Of a stretch of 64,000 bases of DNA, positions 37,623 to 50,458 are shown piece after piece (the first letter of the stretch is position 1; each line of letters begins with the position of its first letter). The stretch is from Dudresnaya verticillata (Eukaryota). The stretch spans positions 1,178,001 through 1,242,000 of the forward strand of contig OZ374561.1 of the NCBI GenBank assembly GCA_977862235.1, written 5' to 3'. The notes beneath the pieces were generated by a model. It saw nothing but the letters and a program-made list of their open reading frames with translations, was not told the DNA's origin and searched no databases. Both the position numbers and the translations under genes were made by a program.

Positions 37623-39501
37623 TTAAAAGTTTGCCAAGTGGTCTTGGACAAACTTTTCCAGCATGGCTTGAAAGCGCACGTTGCCTGGGTTGTTATCAAC
37701 AAGCCGTTGAAGCGTGGCTATTCGTGTTTTTACCTTTCGTTCCTCGGCTTCTGCCTTTTGCATTTCCAAGCGTTGTTGTTCAATCTCGCCCTGACGCTTC
37801 GATGCACTTTGGACCACGTCTACAAATCCATCAACACCCGAGAGGTGCTCTTCAAAGTTCGCGCGCTTTGAACGCCCGCTCGCCGCCCCTGACTTTGGCT
37901 TCGAATCCCATGCGATCGCATGAGGTTCCGCTTCGTCAAAGCAGAGCTGCTCTGCGGCACTGTAATCTCTTTTCTGCCCTACAATCACACCCTTCGGAGC
38001 ATGCTGTTCACCGCCATTTGGACTCCCTTTGTCGTCCTTTGAGTCGCTATTCGCACTAGTGAGTCCCGCCACAATTTTTGCTTCTTGTTCATCACAAGAG
38101 ACGTCTCTAGACGTCGCCGCTTCGTCAACATCGTAGGTACTGACCCTCTTCGGAGTCAGCTCCGCAGCAGCAGCGCTGTTGGCTGTACCACCATGCATAG
38201 GGTTACATTCTTCTCCACAGGTATTGTCTGGAGGTCGCACTTTCGAAGTGCATTTGAGATGCTCTGAGTTAGACTCCCAACGTAACGCAGATGATCCAAC
38301 CCCGATGGCGCCCTGAGAGCATTTGTAGCTCCCCATCTCTCCAAAAACAAAATTCACATTCTCCATATATGTTTCATAAGCAGCCATGGACACATCTGTT
38401 GACTTGGTTGCTTGGCGGGCAATGGCAACGCGCCGGCGACGAATCGTCTCCGGGTCTTTAACAGATGCAGAGGGAGACAACCCGCCTTTGTTCCATCTTG
38501 CAAGCTCCTTAGGGAGCTTCCGGAGAAATCGCTGCACTTTAACTAGAGCAGCAGGTGATGTGCCCAAAACTTGTTTGGCGTCAGGGTCACCTTGCAGCAC
38601 CATTCGGCTTATTTCACTGAACTTTAAACCTCAGCTCACTTCCATGTTGCAAGTTACCTCGCACGCGTTTGTCAATGACGAATCTAGTTAGACCAACAAG
38701 ATACATCTTTGTGCTCATCGAGTACGCATTGTTCTTCCGGCAGTAGGGCAGACTAGGCAGTGCCGGTAGACCAATTGGTCTTGCTCTGGAACCTCGGGCA
38801 ACCGTTGCTTCCATTTGCGCAACATTACTTGTCTCTTGCTCTAATGGCGGAGATGAAACGAGCTTTGTTTTTCCTGAGTGATCCTCGGATAGCTTCGTGG
38901 TTGTGGTCTCTTTTACAGCAGCAATATGACGCGGACCATCCTGTGTCGGGCATGCCTCATTGTACTTACTGACAAAACTTCTGTTCAGTCCCTGTGGTTC
39001 CTCTTGTTCAACAACACTAGCCGACTGAATATAATCGTGTCCTACATTTGGTAGGTCTCGAATACCATCATCATCGACTAAGTCAATCAGTCCCTCCTGC
39101 TCCCGCAACTCTTCAGCTTGTTCACCGCGCACTTCCTGTGCCATTGGTGCCACAAAATGCATGGCTGTTGATCCCTGTGTCGGAGTCAGGGTCAGGACCT
39201 CGACGTCCCGGTGACCGTCTGGGATTTGGGCTGGTGGGGAGCACCTTGTCCTTTTCACCTCCTTTTTCTTTGTTCCTCTTCCTGCAGCCTCAACTGTCTT
39301 TGCGGCTTCCAGACCTCCCATTCGCTGATTCCCATCGGCTCTACCGTTGGTTTCCCGAAGCCCGCCTGAACAAAAGGGAGAGCTCGAAATTGGCGTGGTA
39401 CGTGTTTCTCGCAGCGCTCCTGCACGCGGTGTTGACAGTTTTCGCCTGGAAGGTTTTGACTGTCGCTTCGTTCTGCGTGGCGGGTTCCGTTTAGGGGCCA
39501 T
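37623..39501 (-). pseudogene. Probable Harbinger second ORF (DNA-binding partner), broken near 38610-38690
   Basis: Convergent with the transposase, as for two-gene PIF/Harbinger elements; basic N-terminus, C-terminal coiled coil (EIEQQRLEMQKAEAEERKVK). No clear Myb/SANT Trp pattern seen. Confidence 0.55.
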
Positions 39502-40213
39502 TTGCAGTTGCTAAAGATAGTGAGAAGTGTTCAGGTGTACTCTCAGGTCTGTTGAGGGATATTCACGGCAGGTCTGCAGTGATCTGTAGTCTTGAACACC
39601 ACTTAAAGTGGTTCGGTTGTCAGGCGGATAGGTGGTAAGCCTGTAAACGATACACTTGTGTTAACGACGTCAAAAAGCTCTGTGTGCTCCTCGGTTTAGC
39701 ACTAAGCAGAACTGTACCCTGTTCGGTGCACAGCTTGTGTTGATGGCATGTGGGATCGTGTGTCCGAATGCGGACCAAGGCACGTCGTTGTGATCAGATG
39801 GCTGCTGCGCTGAAGAAATGCAGCGCCGGAGTGGATTGGGATTCTCGTGGTGAGAAACGGTTGGAAGAGCTTTGATTGACAGGAGGATGGAGACGAGGAG
39901 GGGTGAACGAAAGACGGGGTTGAGAGCAGCTCGGTGAGGAGCGAGACGGCGGTTTTCACATGTACCACTCGACGGCGCCAGCCGATGTGGAATTTTCTAC
40001 TTTCCATTTCACCAGCTGTTGTGGCTCCTGATGGAGGAAACGCCAGGACTCCGTGAATAGCTGTTTTTGAGGTCATTTTAATCGCTTGCAGTGCGGGAAT
40101 TGTGAAACCCCCAAGTATAATTGTCAGCGAGATTGTCTTTCGCAACTTCCACAGAAACGTCAGCCACATCAAAAACTTCCACCGTGGAAACGGGGATTCA
40201 GAAAGCTTTGGAG

Positions 40214-43080
40214 TGTTGAGGACATGGTCGCTGGCGCCTCACGTCACGGCTCAGGTACCCCAGATGGTACCCTGGCACGCTTTCACCAAACCTTCCGGAG
40301 ACGACAGCCCTTTTTCCGGGCTTCCAAAATCACGGCGCATTTAGGCCTTTTGCAAAAGCAACGTGAAACGGGCTTCTGATTGGTTGTTACAAACCGCCTC
40401 CATGGTCTATATGGCTTACAAGTGTTGTGCTGGAATTGGCGGTTATAACAGGAACGGCCAAGTGGAGCGATCTGATTGGACCACATGGATGCACGTGGTA
40501 TGGCATGGAATGGTACTGGTATGACGCACACTGTACTCCACAAGTACATATGAACGTGCCATGCAATGTGCTGATGGCGTCTGAGTTGGTACTGCAGGGA
40601 CTTGCGCTACGTGGAGCCTGGCTTGTGATATCAGCAGATGCAGTTGTCGTGCGGCTGACACGTTGGTTTACAGTTGGCACGTGGCTGTCGCGCGGCCGAC
40701 ACGTTGGCTTACAGTGGGCACGTAGCTTTCGTGCGGCCGACACGTTGGTTTACAGCTGCCACGTAGGCAAATCTGAGTGATTACGTGGTCAATGATCCAA
40801 GTTGGATATTCATGGACGGACTTCAGCTCGTAAGTGCGGCCACGTGGTGTGCAGTGTTGTCCGACAGCAGCCATGCGGGGACACTCGATACTTTCGAGTT
40901 CCCGCCCTAAGTTGGAGTACATATGGATGGCAGGAAATGCGGTCGCAAGAGGGATTGCTGATGTCAGTAGTTAGCAACACTGGTGTGCAAGTTCCCGCCC
41001 ATTTTGGTGGTGGATGTGAGTGTGCTGAGAGTATGATTTGGTAGCTTTGATGGCTTTACTTTTTCCCGCCCATTTGATGATAGGTATTTTGGGCGTATCT
41101 TTAATGATTTGTTTTGTTTGTGTTCACGCAGCGACTCATCCGAAAAGCTGATATAAGCCTTGTCGGATGGTCGACTGCAGTAAACGAAGTCAAGCGACTT
41201 CCATTTCTCATCTTGTTCAACTCCAACCTCTCCATAATCCTTTTCAGGTTACGGGCCCAGAAGGTCGACCTACGCAGACTTCATCGCTTCGCTGCAACCT
41301 TCTTCCTTTTTCTTTTCATTCTTGATACTGTCCGGTCCCGTCCTGGCCTTTCCTGTCTGCTTGTGTCCTGTCCTGTCGGCTTGTGTCCTGTCCTGTCTGC
41401 TTGTTGTCTGTTGAAAGTGGTCCCTATCCCACTGTGTCGGCTTGCGTCTCTGATTTTGTGAGAGTTCTCGAGGCTCTCGTCCGCTGTTGTCTTGGTCCGT
41501 GAGCTTGCTGAGAGGTTGAGTGTTGTGCGTGGTGACTCTCGTTAAGTCAGGACCTCGTTGGCCTAGGGGCGCAGCCTCCAGTAAGATCCAGAACCTTGAG
41601 ACGGTTGGGCCTAGTTCCATTCCTGCAAGAGACTGGACCTGTTCGTGTGGTGAACACTCGTTTTGACTTAGTACCCATAAGGTGGACGTCTCGTAAGGAT
41701 TGCATACTTCGTGTCTGTGTGCGCACGACACGAAAGGGCTGCTGAAAGACGCATTTCACCCGGAGAATCATATCCGGGGGCCAGGAGTCCGACTCCTAGG
41801 GGTGACTAGGTAGAACCTGGTGCCAGAACATCCCGCGTCAAAAAGACGTTCAAATATCAAGAATCAACTTTTCAACTTCAAGTTTCAACTTTTCTTCTTC
41901 AGTCCAGGTGATCCCATCATCACCTGAGAGTTTCATTACTCCAAGCGTGGGAGCTGCTTGGCAAAGTGTGCTCCGCTTGTGACTGTATTATATTACCGAC
42001 GTGTTCGACACATTTCTCAGTTTCGTCGTCACGTCTTCGTTGTGTGAGCTGCACTGCTCTGCTTAGCACGACTATTACCCTCTGGGCATCGACACTGTTG
42101 CACTCAAAGCACTGCCCCAAGTTCACCAAGTTTTCTAAAACTATTCAAGTTATCTCTTCTCACCATCAGTTCCAACAGCTATGACTAATACCGAAGCCGA
42201 GATGGATACTTCGAGCGGGGTCAAGATACCCCGTTTCCACGGCAGGAGAGGTGACGACTACGGTCTCTGGCGCCATCGCCTTCGTGCCGCATGCCGCATC
42301 AAAGGGGTTTGGAATGTTGTCCACACCTCAAACGACACACCGAGCAGCTCACAGTCAACTGGAGAGGCCTCAGCGGATACTTCCATTCTTCACGCCAGAA
42401 CCTTGGCCAAACGTGAGAAGGCTTGCGGGATCATCATCTCCGCACTTGGTGATGCTCCGCTTCGTGTCGTTATGGAGGTCGATGATGACCCCAAACGCAT
42501 GCTGGAGCTATTGGACTCGTGCTATGCGTTCAGTCGAACCGTATCCCGTATCGCCGTACAGACCAAGCTATTCCGTATGACGTACACCGGTCAGAATATG
42601 TCCAACTATGTCGACCAGTACACGTCACTGTTCGCCCAACGCGACCGCATGGGCAACGAATCGGCGATACCGGAGACACATAAGGCCCCTATGCTGCTTG
42701 CTTCCATTGATCCGTCCTGCCACCTGGAGTCAACAGCTGCAGCTCTTCGCACCAAAGATGCTGCTGAGCTGACTTGGGACTACGTCGCAACCACGCTGAT
42801 CGATGAGTACAACGCCAAAGATTGTCATGGATCAAACGCAGGTGGGAGATCCAGTAAGTCGAAGAGTCGTCGGAAGAAGAAAAAGAAGTCCGCGTCGTCA
42901 GGTTCTCGCCAGCAACACAACACGCTGGATGACAACGACGACTCCGATGACTCTTCTGATATTGAATCCACCTTCCGTGCGTTGGCGGTTGCACTCAAGT
43001 CCGCCAAGCAGGCTCACTCCACCCCGAACCGGAACCTTCACTGTGATGTTTGCGACAAGGATGGACACACCGCGGATCGC
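40214..43080 (+). mobile_element. Ty1/copia 5' part: LTR 40214-41246 (3 units), PBS, leader, truncated gag
   Basis: LTR followed directly by GGTTACGGGCCCAG; gag from 42181. Confidence 0.92.
41247..41260 (+). promoter_or_regulatory. Copia-type PBS complementary to an internal region of tRNA-iMet
   Basis: GGTTACGGGCCCAG; the inverted copy (43881-43894) reads GGTTATGGGCCCAG, matching the Drosophila copia half-tRNA PBS as I recall it. Confidence 0.85.
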
Positions 43081-43221
43081 AGAGCAGTGCAGCTCACACA
43101 ACGAAGACGTGACGACGAAACTGAGAAATGTGTCGAACACGTCGGTAATATAATACAGTCACAAGCGGAGCACACTTTGCCAAGTAGCTCCCACGCTTGG
43201 AGTAATGAAACTCTCAGGTGA
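42181..43221 (+). CDS. gag: Copia Gag (UBN2-type) truncated in the zinc knuckle, with a chimeric C-terminus
   Basis: KIPRFHG...DYGLWRHRLRAACRIKGVWNVV; CDVCDKDGHTADR breaks at 43080 and reads into the inverted leader. Confidence 0.88.
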   Translation: MTNTEAEMDTSSGVKIPRFHGRRGDDYGLWRHRLRAACRIKGVWNVVHTSNDTPSSSQSTGEASADTSILHARTLAKREKACGIIISALGDAPLRVVMEVDDDPKRMLELLDSCYAFSRTVSRIAVQTKLFRMTYTGQNMSNYVDQYTSLFAQRDRMGNESAIPETHKAPMLLASIDPSCHLESTAAALRTKDAAELTWDYVATTLIDEYNAKDCHGSNAGGRSSKSKSRRKKKKKSASSGSRQQHNTLDDNDDSDDSSDIESTFRALAVALKSAKQAHSTPNRNLHCDVCDKDGHTADRRAVQLTQRRRDDETEKCVEHVGNIIQSQAEHTLPSSSHAWSNETLR

Positions 43222-44969
43222 TGATGGGATCACCTGGACTGAAGAAGAAAAGTTGAAACTTGAAGTTGAAAAGTTGATTCTTGATAGTTGAACGTCTTTT
43301 TGACGCGGGATGTTCTGGCACCAGGTTCTACCTAGTCACCCCTAGGAGTCGGACTCCTGGCCCCCGGATATGATTCTCCGGGTGAAATGCGTCTTTCAGC
43401 AGCCCTTTCGTGTCGTGCGCACACAGACATGAAGTAAGGAATCCTTACGAGACGTCCACCTTATGGGTACTAACTCAAAACGAGTGTTCACCACACGAAC
43501 AGGTCCAGTCTCTTGCAGGAATGGAACTAGGCCCAACCGTGTCAAGGTTCTGGATCTTACTGGAGGCTGCTCCCCTAGGCCAACGAGGTCCTGACTTAAC
43601 GAGAGTCACCACGCACAACACTCAACCTCTCAGCAAGCTCATGGACCAAGACAACAGCGGACGAGAGCCTCGAGAACTCTCACAAAATCAGAGACGCAAG
43701 CCGACACAGTGGGATAGGGACCACTTTCAACAGACAACAAGCAGACAGGACAGGACACAAGCCGACAGGACAGGACACAAGCAGACAGGACAGGCCAGGA
43801 CGGGACAGGACAGTATCAAGAATGAAAAGAAAAAGGAAGAAGGTTGCAGCGAAGCGATGAAGTCTGCGTAGGTCGACCTTCTGGGCCCATAACCTGAAAA
43901 GGATTATGGAGAGGTTGGAGTTGAACAAGATGAGAAATGGAAGTCGCTTGACTTCGTTTACTGCAGTCGACCATCCGACAAGGCTTATATCAGCTTTTCG
44001 GATGAGTCGCTGCGTGAACACAAACAAAACAAATCATTAAAGATACGCCCAAAATCCCTATCATCAAATGGGCGGGAAAAAGTAAAGCCATCAAATCTAC
44101 CAAATCATACTCTCAGCACACTCACATCCACCACCAAAATGGGCGGGAACTTGCACACCAGTGTTGCTAACTGCTGACATCAGCAATCCCTCTTTGCGAC
44201 CGTATTTCCTGCCATCCATATGTACTCCAACTTAGGGCGGGAACTCGAAAGTATCGAGTGTCCCCGCATGGCTGCTGTCGGACAATACTGCACACCACGT
44301 GGCCGCACTTACGAGCTGAAGTCCGTCCATGAATATCCAACTTGGATCATTGACCACGTAATCACTCAGATTTGCCTACGTGGCAGCTGTAAACCAACGT
44401 GTCGGCCGCACGACAGCTACGTGCCCACTGTAAACCAACGTGTCGGCCGCACGACAGCTACGTGCCGACTGTAAGCCAACGTGTCGGCCGCTCGACAGCT
44501 ACGTGGCAACTGTAAACCGACGTGTCGGCCGCACGACAACTGCATCTGCTGATATCACAAGCCAGGCTCCACGTAGCGCAAGTCCCTGCAGTACCAACTC
44601 AGACGCCATCAGCACGTTGCATGGCACGTTCATATGTACTTGTGGAGTACAGTGCGCGTCATACCAGTACCATTCCATGCCATACCACGTGCATCCATGT
44701 GGTCCAATCAGATCGTTCCACTTGGCCGTTCCTGTTATAACCGCCAATTCCAGCACAACACTTGTAAGCCATATAGACCATGGAGGCGGTTTGTAACAAC
44801 CAATCAGAAGCCCGTTTCACGTTGCTTTTGCAAAAGGCCTAAATGCGCCGTGATTTTGGAAGCCCGGAAAAAGGGCTGTCGTCTCCAGAAGGTTTGGTGA
44901 AAGCGTGCCAGGGTACCATCTGGGGTACCTGAGCCGTGACGTGAGGCGCCAGCGACCATGTCCTCAACA
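43081..44969 (-). mobile_element. Second copia 5' part in opposite orientation: LTR 43895-44969 (4 units), PBS 43881-43894, leader
   Basis: Reverse-complement match to 40214-42060 with scattered SNPs and one extra 41-bp unit. Confidence 0.92.
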
Positions 44970-45172
44970 GGCAAGTTGGTCCCTCACAGTCTCGCATTCG
45001 GCACACTTCACGAATCGGTGGGTTTTGCACACTTTGATCCTTGCGCAATGTGTAATCCAAACAGTGTAAAAGTAGTTCTGAGAGGGCGGCGTCTTTCCTC
45101 GGTACAATTTGGCAAGCTCACGTACAAATACGTCGTAGACCGCCTGCTTTTGAAAGAAGGGCAGATGAAACT

Positions 45173-45935
45173 TGTAGTATCTCTAAGGCACCACCGCGTA
45201 CGGCAGCCAAACGAGACCCCAAGAAGACCACAAAGACCTGACGGATTTCACCAAAAGCTGACCAGAACGTAGAAGAGACCTTCTCGCCAGTAGCAAGCGT
45301 GCTAGAGCGGGAGCACGCAGACGAAGTCGTGGCCAGAATCTGTGATGAGGACAGAAAATGGCCAAGTCGGGGGTTCAGTTGCTAACTTTACTCCCAAACT
45401 CTGGCGGGACGGCTTCGTACCTTTTTCGGCTAAGCCGTAGTATGTGGCCAGCTAAGTAGTCCCAAAAGCGGCCATCTGAGCTAATCTAGAGCTATTCTAC
45501 AGTTAGTGGCCGAGGTTACTCCTGTCGGCCATAATATCTACTTATGTTCCGGCGTCGGGCCAATGTAAGGCCCTTGCTAGATTAAACCAAGTACTTGTGC
45601 GTTAATGGTTGGCCCTGCGAGTTAGATATTCCCTTGATTTTTCCACTGTCTTCCCTTTGATTCACCGTGCGGCCAAATCCAATTTCAATTTGTGTCTGGC
45701 CGCGAATCGGATCATGCGTGTACAGCGGGCCACGTAGTGCGCTTCGGTGTCGTAGGTGGCCACGTGTGAGCCTGTGTACAATCGGTGGCCACGTTTCATA
45801 CTTGCGCGCGCTCACCGCCGTCCCCGCGCCGAGGTCACGACTTCATTGGCCAAGTGTCTTCGTTTGGTTGGGCCGATCGTACAGTTGGCCCGTCGAGTTG
45901 CTTCCTTTTGGTGGCCCCCTTGCCGTTGCACCACA
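45173..45935 (-). repeat. 3' LTR of family A element
   Basis: TGTGGTGCAACGG...GAGATACTACA; preceded on the sense strand by a purine tract. Confidence 0.9.
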
Positions 45936-46148
45936 GAGCCCCCTTCGCAAGCGCGGACTCCTGGCCGCGTGGGTGTCATCTGGCCATATCAGCGCGCGTG
46001 ATCCGCGCCGCTACCCCTCTCCCTGCACCCGGTCATCACCATCTTGTTCACACCGACCGTATTCCCTTACCAACAATTGCCAACAACATCGTGCGGACGT
46101 CCTTACTTCGCTTTCCAACTTGCGCGCGCCTGGCCATCTCCTTTCACC

Positions 46149-49100
46149 ATGGCAGGTGGTCCAGAGAAAACAAGCCCGCGACGCACTGTGTCGGCCAAGA
46201 AGAAGACTACACGGCCGCCTTAGTCATCCAGTTCGTCGTCCACACCGCCGTCGAGCGATGAAGAAGTTGTCGTGGCCAAAGTGAAGGCGATGCTGATGAA
46301 GTTTGGCCAGAGTTCGAGACCGCGCGCGATGAAGGCGCCCAGGGCGTCTTCTGCCCCAGCACCCAAGACCCCAAGTCGCGCATCTAACGATCCGCCGGTT
46401 GCTGCGAAGACCACAGCGGTGGAGAAGCCCATCAAGACTGGCCAGAAGAAGAGTGTCGCTGCGTCTGCAATTCCGGCCATGGTGCAAGCTACGCCCGACG
46501 TCGGCACCAAAAAGTTAATGCAGGAGATTGCGGCCAGTCAAAAGAGGCGCGAGGCTGAGGAGCAGCAACTGGCCAGCCTCAAGAAGAAGCTTGTCGATGC
46601 GCAGAAGGCCAAGTTGGCGCGCAGCGTGACCATTGTCGCATCATCCTCATCGGAGGAGGCAGCGGCGGCAACAGGCCAACTTGGAGGGGGCAAGCCGAAT
46701 GCATCTTCTTTCGTTGGCCCGTTAGCAAAGGAGACGCCGAAAGCTGACCAGAAGGTAGCAGAAGCGCCTGAGAAAGGGTTGGTGCAGGCCGAAGTCAAGC
46801 TCCTTAAGGCGAAGAAGTTGGTGCTGGTCGCAAGCACTATAGTGCCAACGGCCATTAATCCTACTCCACCGCCGTTGGCCACCGCTATTGAGAAGGCTGT
46901 AATTGCCATCTCACGTCCATTGGTTACTCAAGCTACCACTGCGGCTGCGGAAGAAGTAGCTGCGGCTCAACCCGAAGCTTCCGATTCGGCCATGGTATTC
47001 GTGCCCGCTCGAGAAGAACCACTGGCCAGTAAGGAAGAGTTGCTTGGAAGAGCTGAGAAGACTGGACCAGAGCCAAAGGAAGGAATAAGTCAGCGCAGAA
47101 GACTTCGGAAGCTTTGGCCAATATTCCCGTGCCGCGTAAGACGTCACGTTCAGCTACCCCGAGTGCTTCAAGAAAGTGTACCCCGCGGCTGCGCTCTGTC
47201 CCCTCGCCATTCATGCCGACAGCAGCGAGCCGGGCGCGTCAACTGGCCAAGCTAAATATTGGGAAGGCAGCAGTGCAAGGCCCCCTGCGAAGAAGCAGCG
47301 GTTGCCAAGCAAGGAAATCGGCCAGTCGTCTCGTGCAGAAGTTATCGATGTTGGTGCCTCTACACCTATTCCTCCGGCCAACCTTATGTCAGATGGCGAT
47401 CGGCGTCGATTTCTGGCTTTGCTTCCCGACGCCGATGAGCTTAAAGCTGGCCAGTCTTCTTCTACGCCTTCTGCGGGCGTGCTGCGCAAGGCATCTGGCC
47501 AGAATGAAGATCCTCGCATGAAGGAAGTTATTCCGCACGAAGAGACTTCGGATATCACCAAGGCTGGCCAGGAGATCCCAAGCTCAAGTGCTGGCCCCTC
47601 TGCTCCAACGCACCCGGACCGTGAACCAGCTTCGCACACTCGTGCTGCTGTGTATTTTCGTCCCGACCTCCCACCGGGCCTAGAAGATCAGGATGGCCCC
47701 GAATTGGTTTTGGACGAACGTTTGCCTGGGACTTCTAGCTGGCCAAAGTTACCTCGAGTAGATATACCTTATACCGAGTTGGTGGCCGATAGTGACAAGC
47801 TGGACATGATTCGCGTGCGGGAAAGCCACTGCCCTCTTAACGAGGCGTGGCACCAATATCGCCAGTCGCATGAAAATGGCCATCTCTATTGGATCCCTTC
47901 GGAGATCGAGTGCGACCGTGCTTTCTTGCCGTGCGCGCGGGATGTGATGTTCATCCACGGAGCATGGTTGATGTTCAAGGGTAAGTCCAGTGTATACCCT
48001 CACACTTCCACATGGGATTACGCCTTCCCTCACTCGTGGATGCTTGAGCGCTGGGAGCAGACGACCGTGCGAAATGCGAAAATGGCCAGTACGGACCTTC
48101 GTCGTATCGTAGCGCCGGGATAGTGGTTGGCCCATCGGACGGGTGGTAGCTATGTCTACCACGGCAACACTCGCGGCCAGGAAGGGTTTTGGCCCCCTCT
48201 CGAATACTTCCCTAGCGTTCCTGCTCTTCTTTGGAAGGAGTGGCCATCGAGAGGTGAAGCTTACCTACTTAGCCCTCTGGCCTATTATATTGTTGGCCAG
48301 TATCGTCGTCGCGCGCGCTCGACCCCACTTGGGTTGAGTGCTTCCAAGAAACCGCTGTCGTTGAGTTACACATAATGGCCAGCATCTTCTTTCGCTACGA
48401 AGCGCAGGCGTCAAAGAGGATGTGGTGGATGTCTTCTCAGGCCATTGCTCGACGAATTGAAGTGGTGAAAGACCTTACTTATCTCCCCGTCAGCCAGGAG
48501 CACCAGAATCAATTCAACCATGTGTATTGGCCAGATATTGTATCGTTGTATGAGAAGTTGGCCGATACAGTGTTGCACCGTGACCACTTGTTTCAACGCA
48601 GAGCTGGCCACTATGAGAAGTATGGCGGCTTCGACTGGAACAGGCAAGTGCCTTTTCGGCATGGTAGTAGCTTTGGCGTTGAAGTGGCCAATGATGCTTC
48701 CATCGTGCGGGCCAGCATCCTGCATCCTCATCCGCATGTGGTGGCCGAATTTTCCGTGCGCTGCCATGTTAACCAAATGTCTTTGGCCAACATCTTGCGG
48801 CAGCTGAACCAGAGCCTTGGCCGTCTCGGCGACACAAAGCGTGGCCAGACCGATGAATTCAACTGCCTTCGTCATCATGTTGATGAAGTTGAAGGAGTTA
48901 TCAGGCGGGGCGAAGAGCGGCTGGCCAATGTTAGGAGTCAGAAGGACCATATCGAGGCCGAGCTGCGAACCGCGAGGGAGTCACTGGCCAGGACCAATGA
49001 GTAAGGTCTCGAGTGGAAGAGGCAGCGCGACCGCTGGTGCGACGAAGCTCATAACCAACAGGCCTTACTTGACTTGGAGCGCAACCGTGGATTTCATCAG

Positions 49101-49546
49101 CTGGCCAGTTTGCGTGCAGCTTATGCACCGCCTGTCTTTGGCCAGATGCCTCAGTTTCCTCTGTCCTCCCTGCCAACGCCTGCGCCAGCTCCAACCATGC
49201 CGCAATATCCGGGGTCTCAGTGGCACCGGCCACAACCCCCACGCCGTCTCACGCTGGTGACGTCTCTGGCCATCCGCGCGCACCGTCTCGACCGGCCGAT
49301 TATCAGCCAGAGCCAACCCGTCCGGTGGTGTCTGCTCCGCCTACTCCTGTGGCCAATGCTGCTCAACCTGGCCATGTTCCTGGCAGTTTAGCTTTGCCGA
49401 TCACTTCGCCCTTCGTAACGCCGCCAACCGTTCCTGCGACGGCCCCACGTGCTCCTGCGACAGCGCCTCGCGCACCTTCACAGTCAAGGAGCAGAGAGCC
49501 CTATGCTTCGGGTTCTCCTCGCTTACCAAGTCCCTATGGCCCTTAG
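46149..49546 (+). pseudogene. Extra antisense ORF (~1100 aa if repaired) between pol and the 3' LTR
   Basis: ATG 46149 in frame with 46272-47255, then 47114/47176-48375, 48375-~49220 and 49220-49546, joined by frameshifts and stops; Lys/Ala/Ser-rich N-terminus, Trp/His-rich core, coiled coil, Pro-rich tail. Confidence 0.7.
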
Positions 49547-50458
49547 TTATCAAGGTATTGGATTAGTAGTTGGCCAGTTCGTCTTGTTATCTTATGCTGG
49601 CCAATGAGTTGTTGTTAGTCTTATGATTTCTTGTGTCTTGTGTTTGTGTTATTAAAAGATGGTGGCCAAGTTTGTGCTTCTAAGGTTGGACAGCCCCCCT
49701 TGTCTGTGAGGGTTACTTAGTCTGTCCGGCCAGTCTTGAGTTAAAATGCACTGGTTGTCTTCAAAAACGTTGTGTGTTATCGTGGCCAGTTACTAGTCAA
49801 ATGGGGCCGTATGGCCTCTGTTCGTCCGGGTCAGTCGGTCTTTCTTCTGGCCAATGCTCATGCGTACAGCTGGAAAAACGGGGTTAAGGGAGTTAGTAGC
49901 CAGGTCGAAGCGCAAAAATGGCCAGTGCGAGTGGTGAAGCGGCCTCGGCGTGGGGCTACCTTCTTCAAGACACCAAAGGAGGAGTAACGGCCAGCTATTG
50001 TCTTTGTTTCATCGACTTCAAGCACCCCATCTGGCCATGTTTTCTTCTCTGGGAAATTTCCTTCTTGTTGTCGGTAGGGGTTATCGTTGTCACCCCTGTC
50101 TCCTCACTCTGCGCAAGTCCCCGCTTGGGCGCACGACGCGTGGGAATTAGAGTTACCTGGAGGAGGCAGCAAAAGATGAGACAGTTTCTACCGTCCGTTT
50201 ACACCCGCTGAATCTCGGCGTACACCGGGAGATTTGCTGGCCGCAATTTTTCTCGCACAATGATTGGCCAGCTTACATTATTCTGGGTTAACCCTAAACA
50301 CCCCCGTCGTGTTTTGGTGAAGAGGTTCCAGCCGGGGTATTTTGTCGCCCAGCATCTCCTTCCTTCGTCCACGACCACTCCGCATCTCCATCTTCACAAG
50401 CTTTTGGCCAAACTCCGACTCCTCTCGCTTGACTTCCCTGGCCATGTCGAGGTTGACC

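Noticed and set aside
39540..40115. Harbinger right TIR with TSD
   Set aside because: Only weak matches to the left motif and no matching 3-bp TSD; boundary left undefined.
41270..41731. 153-aa ORF duplicated at 43410-43871
   Set aside because: Antisense frame of the copia leader with TGTCC-type microrepeats; duplicated only through the inverted repeat.
40214..44969. A DIRS-like or long-TIR element with inverted termini
   Set aside because: Arms are ordinary copia LTR+PBS+leader, the same LTR occurs solo with 5-bp TSDs, and there is no recombinase or outer TSD.
46149..49546. env gene
   Set aside because: Antisense to gag-pol, with no evident signal peptide or transmembrane helix.
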